This document shows positions 40,458 to 52,900 of a stretch of DNA of 64,000 bases, one piece after another. The notes under the pieces were generated by a model. The model ran no database searches and was not told the origin of the DNA. It was given only the letters and a program-made list of their open reading frames with translations. The stretch's first letter is position 1. Every line of letters begins with the position of its first letter. This stretch comes from Azolla caroliniana (Eukaryota > Plantae > Polypodiophyta). Made by a program: the position numbers and the translations under genes. Where the stretch lies: positions 19,840,001 to 19,904,000 of the forward strand of contig JBHGNT010000010.1 of assembly GCA_043228905.1 (NCBI GenBank), given 5' to 3'.

Positions 40458-42084
40458 TTTTCCTATTTAAATGGAGGTTTTGAGAATTTTCAGCTCGAGA
40501 CTCTTGTCTTCTGTTTATAAAGCTGAATTTCGATTCTCACCTAAATTTAATAGTAATATTTCACTTAACTGTTTAATGTGAATAGAATCCCTCTGCCTTG
40601 AATCTAGTTATGATGATATTCAACTTTCTTTGCTACAGCAGATATTTCAAATAGTTGTTTGCTTGGTTGAGAGTTCTCCAGAGTATGTGGAAGTGTCTTA
40701 TTGTTTGATTCATTGTAATCATTCTTAGTGGGTTTTCACTTACATTGAGGTTTGTTACCAGTAATGTAAATATTACAAAAAGGACTGGTTTAGAATGAAA
40801 ACATCTCTTGTTTCCATTGCTTCTTCTAAAAATATCATAACTACATCTCTGTTTTTATCTCACAATATGTTTTTGCACACTTTGTGTGAGAAAATTTCAA
40901 CATATCACGATAAGATATTGTATTTGTGTATTGTATATGTGGGTATGCACATAGCATTGGTGTATGTGTTCTCACCTCACAAGATTTCTCACAAGGAGAG
41001 AATGTATATGTATGCACATAGCATATGCACAGCGTGTGAACCACTTCACGTGATTTGTGAGAAAATCTGATATTGGTCTCTTTCTCTCACGTCTTGGAAC
41101 TCCAATAAAAATGAAAATCATGGAAAATGTCTCTACTTTTTGAGATATAATATTAAATTCTACAACCCAAAAGAATAGGTCAAAAACTAAAAGAGTTGTT
41201 TATCCCATTTAGTAGCATAGCTATTCTCTCACATATTGAGATATATTTTTTCTCTCTATGCTATGTATGATGACTTTGGTATAGGAAATCTGGGATTATC
41301 TAGATTTGATTCACAGGCCTATAATGAACGCAAGATTGCATAGTCTTCTATGAACGAAATTTGCCATCATGAAAGTGATTGCATGTTCAACTTCTCATTT
41401 GTGTGGCATCCTACTTTCATTTACAATCTCACCCAACACTTTCTTGGGCATCTTATACACAGAATACTGCCTCTTTGTTTCTAGAATAAATCGCACATGT
41501 CACCCCTCTCTATATCCAAAAATTCTATGGAAATCAGAAAAAAATATCATTTAAAGGTAAAAGAAGATATGTTAAATGTCAAATGATGCGAAATGCATAT
41601 AAGAGTCCTTAAGGCAATGGTCCCCTCAATTTTCAAAAAATATTGTGGAACAATACATACATTGTAAGTGGTAGGAAAAACATATGCTAATGTCCCCTCT
41701 AAATATTCCAAAAATATCCAAGAAATAAACATTTAGGTTTTAGAAAAAGTCCAAAAAGTAAAAAATTATATTCTCTTTGTACATTTAAAGTTGTGCAACA
41801 AAAGTCTCATTGCTCTCTGTCTTTTTCCACAACAATGAAGATATGGATGGTTGAGAAAGTCCATTCAAATATATGATCATCATTTTCTACTTCTTTTCAT
41901 CTACTCGAGAAAGCAGCCAAATAAAAGAAGAGCTAGAACTTATCCAACCGGTAGTGTAATTATACAATTCAAAGTTGTGCAAAAACCCCTGTTACATTAT
42001 TAGTCTTCCAGTAAGTAAACATATACCTTACTAGGGCCATTCTAGTTTCTTATTGATTGTTTTCTTGTGTTTAAGTACTTTTAG

Positions 42085-44568
42085 ATGGAGGATTGTGGAG
42101 TTGTTGGGAGGACCATCCTTGTGGCTCTCGATGAGAGCGAGCATAGCTTTCATGCCTTACAATGGCTTCTTCACACCCTCATCAATCCCACCTCCTCCCC
42201 TCTCGACACACTCATCCTTCTCCATGTCAACACTCTCTCAGCCACACTCGGAAGCCGTGGTATGTTCTCTTATTTTAGTCGGGATTCTTGCTCCCCTTCT
42301 TCCTTGCTTAAAGAGGAGTAAATGATTGTGTGACCTTGTCTGTGTCTTCCTTGATCTTTTAGAGAGCTTTTTCGTTTGTTTTCAGTGACCTTTTGGTGAA
42401 TTTTTTTTGGTAAAGTTCACAAAAAATGGTACATTTCCGAAGGGGATTTTTCCTACCCTTCTTCCCTAGTCTTTAGTTGAGCTTTTCCGTTGTCTTACTT
42501 CATGTTTTGGTGTTCTTCTGGCTTGGCAAAAATGCTACATTTCTTAAATGGGGTTTGGGGGATTATTTATTGCTTAACTCAACACCCTAATATAATGCAG
42601 ACATAGGTATATGTGTTTTCTGATGGAGTGCTTTAAGTCGAGCACAAACCACATCACAAAACAAAGGGGGTACCCTAAGCGCATTATAAATGCTTAAGTT
42701 TAGGAAGAAACAAAAGAATAGAGACGCAATCGAGAGCCACGGTTCACTTAAACTTAGCAATTGTGTGATTTAGGCCAAAATATGGCAAAACAGAAGGAAA
42801 ATTGATTACATGCGAGGGTAAGAGAAGAAACTCACCGACAAAAAGAATTATGTAGAGACGATTGATCTTCTCTTTTGTTCTGCCCAAATCAAAACACGCA
42901 GGTTACATGATGAATCATGATTTGATTATGACAATGGAGGCATCCTATGACAAGAAAATCCGAGAATTCATGGAGAAGGCCCTTCATCTCTGCCATGAAA
43001 ACCAGGTCTCCATCTCTCTCTCTCTCGCTCTATCTATCTCTCTGTCAAATGTACATTGTTTTGATCTCGCAAGCGATATTACTGCACTTCTCCTTCTTCT
43101 TCATCTGATTCTCTGTCTCTACCTCTCTCAAAATGGTGTTATAATTATTTGTGCTAAGATTATACAATAGTATAGCTAGTAATAACTACATTACTGGGTC
43201 TATATAAGTCTATATGTTTATCAGTAATATAATCCCGAATAGGGTTGTATTTGTCTCTCAGTTACCTCATGATATCACAAGAACTTGGCTACATTTCTTA
43301 TGAGTTAGGATTAAGCTATTTATTTGTTGTAAATTGTCTAAAGTTTCACCAATTGTCTTATAATAGTGTGATTCTAACGTAACCTTAATTATTGTAGTAG
43401 GAGTTAATTAATCCTCGAGTAGTTGCCATTAGCAATTTGTTGGTTCGGCATTTGTTCGTTATTGCTTGAATGAAGTTTCGACCAAATGTCATTTACTTGG
43501 TTTTTCATGTCTCTCTTTCCTTACTATCATACAGGTAACAGTTGAAGTGAAAGTTGAAAGTGGAGATCCTAGGTATGTCATTTGTGATATGGCTGAGAAA
43601 GTTAAAGCGGATCTTTTGGTGATGGGCAACCATGGTCATGGAGCAATCAAAAGGTGGTAAAAAAAATATTAACAAAGGAATCACACTAATATGTCTGTGT
43701 TTACTCACTAGTCTCATTTACAAGAGGATGGTATGTGCACTCTAAACTTGTATAAGACTATAATAACTTCTTTTGAGAGACATGTCTTCTCATCAAAGCC
43801 ATGGTTGAGGTGGTTGTGTTAAGATGGATTGTAGTTTGTAAGATTGATACGGCAGTATGACACGTTTAGGAAAATTAACTACAAAGATCTAAATCTAGAG
43901 CCATAGATTTGTCACACGACATCATGGAAAGCGGATTATTTAGCTTGCTAACACTCACAAAATGAGTTGACAATCATAGGTTGTAAACATGTTAGATCCA
44001 TGTAAGCTTTACATAAATAATTTGTACTACATAATATGCTAATTCCCAAATATGGCTCCATCCGTTGTTGTTTCCCAATTCGATTATAGCCATGGAAAGA
44101 AGCACATAGAGATTGCAACAAATAACCTTAAAAACTTATAGGTTGAGTCAACTCCTAAATACACTATTTGAAGCTCAAAGGCCCCAAAGAGCAAATGCTA
44201 ACACAAAACTAAATTAATCCATGAAATGGAAGAACATGCACTTTTCACTTCACTCTTTTGAGATGGAGCATCATGAGGTGTGTGATGTTGAGCAGATGAG
44301 TGTCTTCTATGTGTTCAATAAAACACATGATTCTGCAACTCCTTACTCTAGTTGAAGAGGTTACATTCCATGTTGTATTTCATAACTAGATTGAGCATTT
44401 TTATGTTTTGATTGTTAATATACAAATGTATATGAAACAATGAGACTTATGGCTTTCTTTATGTTGACAATTGGAACATGCAGGGTAATGCTAGGGAGCG
44501 TAAGTGACTATTGTGCTCACCATGCGAAATGCCCATTGCTCATTGTGAAGAGTCCTCATAAAAAGTGA
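42085..44568 (+). CDS. Universal stress protein A-like (USP), 4 exons
   Basis: RTILVALDESEHSFHALQW, GDPRYVICDMAEKVKADLLVMGNHGHGAIKR, VMLGSVSDYCAHHAKCPLLIVK; TGA at 44566-44568. Confidence 0.93.
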
Positions 44569-45959
44569 TTTCAATTTGAAGTTAAGATAAAAAATGTAAG
44601 TTATGCATTGGATTTATTTGTACTACATGTTTAAACACACTTTTCTATGTGGAATAAAATTAGATATCAAGTTTTATCGTTGTCAAAGTGGTATTCTCAA
44701 GCATGTCTTCTTTATTACATTGTTTGCTACTTACAAGAGATGGATCCAATTGTACACATCAATGAAATCAACGGTGCTTTCACATCATAAAATAAACAAC
44801 ATAAAGATAGTGGTTAGTAAAATTGAATATGCAATCTTGATAGTTTCCCAAGGATGATGGTGGTGGTGTTAATAGAAACTATTGTGATTAAAAATGTTGA
44901 GTGATAACTTATAAGTATATGGGATGATATCTATATACCCTTGAAGTATCAATAATGTCATTTAAAATTAGGTCTATAAATCTTTTAACCTTTTTATTGT
45001 TTCTACCATAAGTCTGCAAGGAGGGCGTCATGAATTATATGCCAATGAGATTATTATGTAGATAGCGCTCTTCTTAAGCGTTAGGCAATGAATCTTTTAT
45101 GTATAAGTTGTTTTCAACAAGTTATAAACGAATGGGGATTGAAGATGGGTGTCGAGTATGATTTACACACATTTTTATGTTGAAGTAGCTAGAGTTTGTA
45201 AGTGATTCTTAATTCATGTTATTCATTAGTTCATATTAAACCAAGACTCGAGAGTTGAAAAGGCGTACACATGATCATATCTACATTTCGAATACAACTT
45301 GGCCAAGATCTCAAAATGGTTGTGAACATACAAAATCAGTTGTCTCATTCAACTGGAAATTGAATGTACACATGAATCAAAGCAAACAAGAACCAATTTG
45401 TCAAATGCAAAAATGTTGCAAATACCATGCGTACATTTGCATACCTAAAACAAAGCATGCAATTTGAAAAGCTTCATACTTAATAAATCATTTTGTGAAT
45501 AAATTATAAGTTTAAGGGAGATATTATGTCCTTAACTATACAACTTGATTAACGCAAGAGAACTATATGAAAATGTCACTTAACTATGTAATAATTCCCA
45601 CACTTCAAAGATTCAAATTTTCGCACAAGGTGTTTCTACAAATATAGGTATCAAGAAACCATCAAAATATCAATTTATAAGCACTTCACTAAATTTAAAT
45701 CATGGAGGATATTACAATATGATTCACGTGGCACTGTAAACATCCCAAAAGTTGAGCGATACTGTGGGAAATTACAAAGAATAATGTAGTTCTACAATTG
45801 AGAGGTTGCATTTGATTGACTATTTTCTATCAGTGAACTTCCTATACTACATCATTAATGTGTAGATGCGGCTTATGGAAGGTGTAATAATAATGTGGAA
45901 GGTACACTTTCACAACCAACATGTATTTTGTGCATTAATCCTAGTGATACCAAATCAAT

Positions 45960-48568
45960 CTGATGGCAAGTGATGAGTGAGGGGAGGCTGCGGGGGCAGG
46001 CAGGCGGATCATCACAAGGGTTGGATGTTGTTGTGGAGTTGGACGCCACAGAGGACATGTTGCAAGTAGAAAATCTGTTGCAAGAATGTGGTAAGGCGCA
46101 CAATGCATGCCCGAGAGGGGGTCATGATAAGGATATGGACAAGAAGGAGAGCTCTGAGTTACTAGAGGTTTTTTTGTCCGAGGATGAAAGTAATTTTTGG
46201 AATGTGGAGATTGAAAGATTAAGGAAATGCTCGTTCATTTGTAAGCTACTTGGTGGTAGACCTAATAGAGATATGGTTCGTGACATGCTACGAGTAGCTC
46301 TTATGGATCTGGTTCCACAAATACTAAATGTGCACAATATGGGTCGAAATTTCTTCCATGTTGAAGTGGTCAAGGGGGGTGATGTATCGCGGATCGTGGA
46401 TATGAAATTCATAGAGCTCAAATATGGAAGAGTTATTTTGTTGGAGTGGCATGTTAACTTCAATGCTATGGAGGAAGACAAGAAAATTGGTAACCTTCGA
46501 GTGATTTCTATGATATTCCCAAATATTCCTCGATAGTTATACCCCTTGATACCGAAGATTGGGGATAATATTGGCATAGTTTATGTGGCATTCAGTGGTA
46601 TGTTGGATGTTAGATAAAGCCTGCATAAAAAAGATTAAGGCAATGGTGAGAGGATTCCTATGGTTCTACTTGGTAAGGTTCTACTTGGTAAGCTTTTGGT
46701 GCAAAGTTTGCAACCCGGACCAGAATTTGGAAGGTGCTCCTTAGGAACAGAGTTGACCTTTGGTGTCCCATGAATGGTGGTGCTTGGCAAGCAAGTACAT
46801 GGTGATTGTTCAATTCAGCTCAAAATTTGAAAGAACTAGCTAGCACGGAGGATAGGGTGGTTCGCGCCATAATGAACGCATGGTCAAGTTTAAGAGAAGG
46901 GTTGGTCTTAATGCAACCAAAAACATTGGATGAACGGCTACAACAACCACTATTTTGGAACCCTAGGATTAGAAGTGAAGATGGTATGATGCTTGGACAA
47001 CAAAAGTACTTGCCTTGGGGGAGGATGCTAAGGTACAAGATTAGGTCGGTACACAATTGGGAGGTCTTCAGCATGAAGTGGCGGGGGTCAGGCTGTTAGT
47101 TGTAGGTTTACTTGAAGACTAGAGAAGGTGACCTAGCTGATAGATGAGGTTGTTGATGGATTAGGTAAGTTGAATGCGGAAGAGTCAGTTTGGTCAAGTT
47201 GGTTTATAAGTGAGGGTGATGTACAACTTATTCGTGGTAGGTGCTAAACTAATGAGGATCGTTTGTGGGGTAACCGAAGTTCTTTGACAGATGATGGCAG
47301 GTGGTTGGCAATGCGGGTGGTAGTGTTGGAGGGTAGGAGGTGGCAATTGAACCCATACCCTAAGACGCTTGATCATGATTGTAAAAAATGGCTTTTCGAT
47401 AACAAGCCCTTATATGATTTGGAGTGGGATCCATTGGAGGTATGGTGACAAACACCAGGAATAAACAATTTGAAAAAGTTTTTTGAGTACAATATCAAGC
47501 TAGGATCCAAAACAGTGGGTGTTGTAATGATTCACAATAGTTGGAAGGATAAAGGCATTTCAAACAACGATCTGAAGTCGTTTTGGAGGAGACTATGGAC
47601 ATTGGATATGCCAGAAAAAATTAAGGCTTGGTTGTGGCTTCTTAACCACAAGGCGGTACCGGTAGGCAAGTGGTTGAGTTCTCGTGGTGGCGAGGCTGGC
47701 TGTAAGTTACGTGGACATGCTTTGGAATCAATCTCTCACTGTTTTGAGAATTGTATAGAGGCGATTACCATTTGGAGTAGAAGCCTTCGAATCGTGGTAG
47801 CCTGTGGTGTGAAAGGGAACGTTGTGTGGGGCTCCATACAAGGACCGTCTCTAAAAGGGGAAAGCTGGGGTGAATAGTTAAATCCACAAGGACATGGATT
47901 TATAGTGTAGGGTGGTAGCGTGTTCCAATGTGATGGGGTGAGACTAGGCACAAATTTTGAACTTTTTGAGGAGATTTGGCTTATGGTGACGTGTTTAACG
48001 GTCTAGTACATCTTGATCAAGCGTTGTAAGTTTGTTTTTCAGGAGCAAAACCTCTCATGCGGGGAGGTGATGTTAAATATCTGGTTTGAGCTTGTGGCTT
48101 GGTTGCGGGGTCGGCATGATTCGATTCATGGGGAATCAGAAGAAGTAGAAAGGGCAAGGTCAAAGTTCTTGCTGAAATGGAGTGGTTCTCCCATGGTAGT
48201 CTAATCTTTGGTGAGGCCTAAGTAGAATTACCAGGTGCCTAGGTGGTTGTTTCCACCGATGGCTCCCAATATTGTACATGGGTTGTAATTATGTATGTAT
48301 AATTGAAACAAAAGTGGGTTAGTATAGTCATGTTACCCGAATAATGTTGCTAGAAAAGTGTTGGGAGATGTAGAGTCGGGGTAAAATGGGGTTTATTTCA
48401 GTTTTGTTGGAGTTAAGGGTCGGGTGAGTTTTTGCTATTTTTATTTGATAGTTTTGGAGTTGTTCCTCCAAGTTGTATACGTTGATCCCATTGTGGATTC
48501 GAGTAAACTCTGTTGTATTCTATCTGCTAACTAATGCGAAGTAGTGTTTTTTTGGAAAAAAAAAAAAA
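45960..48568 (+). mobile_element. Degenerate, internally deleted L1-type LINE (ORF1 N-terminus + ORF2 C-terminus with zf-RVT + poly-A)
   Basis: ORF1-like CKLLGGRPNRDMV...NMGRNFFHVEV...LEWHVNF (45970-46536); zf-RVT-like FWRRLWTLDMPEKIKAWLWLL...CKLRG...ESISHCFENC (47470-47877); stops and frameshifts; poly-A at 48556-48568. No EN or RT core recognised. Confidence 0.8.
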
Positions 48569-49569
48569 CTTTGTGGGTAAATTCTAAATTTGTAGAAATG
48601 AAAAAGTTCTTAATGGAACAATCTTAAACCATTAAGTAGTCATGCAAACTCTTTGTTGACTTGTTGTCATAAGTTTGAATTCTTATAGTCACTTGAAATG
48701 CATTGAAAACACGACATGCAAAACATGAACGAAGTTCATTCAACATTTTGAAGTAGCCTCCGTTGATCCCCATTGCTTAGCAAACATTTCGTAAGTCTTG
48801 GACATTGAAAATTCGAAGGTTGAATGTAATTACTATTTACCACACCCAAAATTGACATGTTCATTTTCCTCACGCATTTAAAAAAACATAAACAATATCT
48901 AAACAAGTTGGAAAACATATATCTATAGGAGCAATAAATAACATGACTATATCGAATCATGTTAGCCATGTCTTTAGCTCACATACGTAAAAAGTATTCT
49001 TTGCAATGCAAATGAAGGTTGCACAAAGGTCACTTCTTTGACAAGGGTGAGCTGATAACATGCTAAACACTTTTTTGGGCAACATTTCGCATCATCTCTT
49101 CCACCACATGTTATTAGTTGGATGCATGTGACACTCAATTGCCCTATAAATTCACCTTTACAATTCTATCTATGCAAGGGGTTTTGTTAGTTGATGGAGA
49201 GATGGATATTTGTTACCGTCCACAGAGAGTCCACATAATGACTAGCGAGACTCAAGAACACAAATTCTCTTCATGTGCATCTCCTTCTTAAGAAGGGATC
49301 TTCATGCTCCGAAGCAAAAAGTCTGAACGTGTAAACGAGGCATACACATACAAGCTTAGCCTTCTAGGTGTTCCTGTTAGTTTGACACGCGAGCCAAAAG
49401 TTGAGCTTGTAGGTGTGTGTGCATATATGTATATGTACATACATATTGACGGAAGCCTGAAGGATGGGATAGGGATGTCCTTGAAGAACAATAATAAGGA
49501 CAAAGACGGTAAGATTGCGTGTGGATTGGGCGGACAGGTGTGAAACCAGAGGCGAAATCTTGGGGGTCT

Positions 49570-49598
49570 GTGGGGCCCACAAACAAAATGTACCGTTG
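49570..49598. promoter_or_regulatory. TCP-type site and MSA-like (CAACGG) element in TPX2 promoter
   Basis: GTGGGGCCCAC at 49570-49580; CCGTTG (reverse of CAACGG) at 49593-49598 and again at 49891-49896. MSA/MYB3R control is typical of plant G2/M genes; short motifs, so tentative. Confidence 0.45.
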
Positions 49599-49714
49599 AG
49601 AGGAAAAGCTTAAGATCGATAAATCCAAAAATACGAAAATTGAAAAAGAAAAAAGAAAAAAGAAAAAATCATTTGTCTCTCTCTCTTTCTCTCTCTCATT
49701 TCGAGAGAGAAAAC

Positions 49715-49750
<36 letters not shown>

Positions 49751-49965
49751 CTCTCTCTCTCTCTCTGTGTCTCTCTCTGATTTTGAACACACACACACAC
49801 AGACCCCTCTCCCTCACTGACCTCTGTCTGTGATTTTGTTCCGTGTCTTTACCCTACACCTAAATCACTCCATGCTTCCCTTCGCCATCGCCGTTGCTGT
49901 CTTTACCTTCTTTGCTTCATTCTCTTAACCCCCCTCCCTTCATCTCCCCCCATTTTGCTGCTTTC

Positions 49966-52900
49966 ATGGCTCTTCCTCAAGCCGCAGCTTCTTCTTCTTC
50001 TTCTTCTTCTTCTTTCTTCCATGTCGATCCCGACTTCGAGTTCTGCGCTCCCCAATACTACGACTTCACTGTTTCGGAGACGCTCTCCCAGGTCGAAGAA
50101 ACGGAGCGATGGTTCGAGACCTCCGCTAGCCATGGCGCTTCGCGTAAGTGTCACTCTCTTTCCTTCGTTCTTTTCTTAATATTTATTGTCTTTGCTTCTT
50201 CGCTCGATCGGTATCCATAATCTACACGTCTGGAGGACCGTAAACAAGAGATCACCTATGGACTTTTTCACTCTTTGAAGATGTTTATCTGAACATTTCC
50301 AACTGAAAAATGATTAAACACGTTTCCAGATTGTCGGAAACATTGAGGTTCATATTATCAGACATAATTTGTATATGGAAATCAGCTTCTGTACTGTAAA
50401 TAGTTTATCCAGCACAGTCTTTCTAGTGCGTGGTTCAGTAAAGATATTTGAAGGTCAACCGGGTCTATCTTTATTCTGAAAGAATATTAAACATAACAAG
50501 ATTGACGAGGAGCTTTATCTAGATATTCACAAATCGACCCGAAAATATCTATGTACTGCCAATGCTTGCCAATCTTTGTTTTGATTTGATCAAACACAGG
50601 AGCATTCGTTCCACGAGAAATTTTAAAATACAAAAACGTCGTTGATTGTAATGCTTGAAATTTTCTTAGATGGAATTGTGACGACATCTTATTTATGATT
50701 CAGCATTTTCGATTCATTCAAGGGATGTAAACCTTGCAAAGGATGGAAATGAAGGCGACCCTGACGTGGATCAGGTAATGCATTCATCGCACATGGATGA
50801 ACAGTTCTGAATATTGTCTGGTGTACATGTAGAGAAAAAACAAGAAAAGAATGCGTAAAAGAATTATTATGTTTGTTTCTCTACAGATGGACATATCTAT
50901 GTCACCCAGGGAATGTGCTCAAAACCTCTTCAAAGATCCTGTGTAAGTAACAAAAAGAAAGATATTGCATGAAAATATTATACATATAATATAAGAGAAG
51001 ATATAATCATTTTGGTCTTTGCATGTTAAAACATTTTTAAAATTCACAGCCTCTCCATGGAGGAGGGATTTGGCATAATTGAGGATGAGAACGGTATGGA
51101 TGACATTAATCTTGGTAAGTCCTCTGTATGATTTTGAAATAAATTCGTAGATAAATATTTCATTTTCTGTCAATCAACAAAGTATCATGGAGAACTACAT
51201 TTTTGCAGGTAGTACATACGTGAACCTTGTTGATGTGGATCTGCGTACGCCTACAAGACATTGTATTACTAGTGAATTGGCATCAGAAAGCCATATTCTA
51301 TCATCGTTTTCTCCTGGAAGTCTGCCAGCTAAACGTGCTCATGAGAAAATTTCAAAGAAAATCCCACAGTCAGAGAAGCCAGTATCAACCAAGAACTATC
51401 TATTGAGGTTGGAATTATCTTCCGTAGCAGATAATGTGTGTTCATTGGTTCATTGAGTGAGTAAGATCTTGACAAATTTGATAACTGATTTGTACAGGAA
51501 ACCACCACACATGGAGAAAACTGCTAGACACGATGTGCAAGCAATAAAAAAGCAGAAACTAGAGGGAGGTCGATTTAGGCAGGTAAGGGAGGTCTCAATA
51601 TTGCAAATAATGATGAATTTGGGAAGTTGTAAAAACTTAGCAATTACGGTGCTTCATAATTATTTAAAGAGGATTTATTCTCGGGCGAGTACTTGTTAGA
51701 TGCATAGCCATTCAAATAAGTGATGTACTCGAATTTAATAAAGAGGTTATAAAATAGTGGATGACGATGACTGTTGAAGGAAGTGCCGAGTTCTCAGAGA
51801 AGTACATAGAAATGTTGTCAAGGAAGTTCATTTCCACAATAGCTACAACTGGTACAATCAAAGGCACAAATTTATCTCATCAATATCTGCATATGACTTT
51901 AATATATTCTCAGTTCTAACTCATCATTTATCTTTCGTTTCTCTTCTGGTGAAGCTTTTGATTATTCCTTTGATTTCAACATTTATCTTAGGCTGATCAT
52001 TTGTGAAAAAAGAAAGACAGGTTGATTTTAACGAGGATAGAGCACAAACCAAATTTATAAGTTTATGGAGTATAGTACTTTAACTTTTAATTGTGTTCCT
52101 AGGGCTGTCTTCTCTGGTAAATATATCCCGTGTTTTCCATACACATGCTATGTTTGGAATCGTTTTCTAATATGTTATTGCAAATAAATTCAGATCATCA
52201 ATATGAAGGACGAGAAACATACAACCAAAACACCATCCAATTTAACGATGCCACGTAGCTTTAATTTTTCAACTGAAAGACGATTAGCAAAGGGAGCTGG
52301 AGTTTCTTCTGTCTCAAAGGTTGGTTTAACTCAGCCAAAAGAGGGGTTTATAGTGATTATCATCAAAACGTTTAATAAAATATATTGCTTCAGGTTATCA
52401 GACCTAGATCACCCTTTGTTTCCATGGCTGAAAAAGTTCAAAGGTTTCAAATGAAAACCCGAGAATGCTTCCAGAACACAAGACTGAGCCACGTAAGTAC
52501 ACTAATAAGAATCAAGGAAGTGAAGAGAGATCATTTTGATTATCAGTGTTATTGATGTTAATCATTACATTTCAAATTTAGGATGAAAGAAATCCGCTTC
52601 TACCAGAAAAGCCAAGGTTGAGGATCACGAAGCCGAAAGAACCTGATTTTGAGACAGCTCAACGGATCAGACCGGCTAGGTATTTAAAAAATAATTATAG
52701 ATCATATCGTTATATTTTGTTAAATCAATGTGTTATATTTTGTCTGTTAAATCTAATCCAGGGTCAAGAGCACAGCCGAGTTAGAAGCTGAGATGCTTGC
52801 CAAAATGCCTAAGTTTAAAGCACGCCCTCTAAATAAGAAGGTGAATCTATAGTAAAATTTTAAATTATTTTATCATTATTGCAACTTATATGTACAGGAT

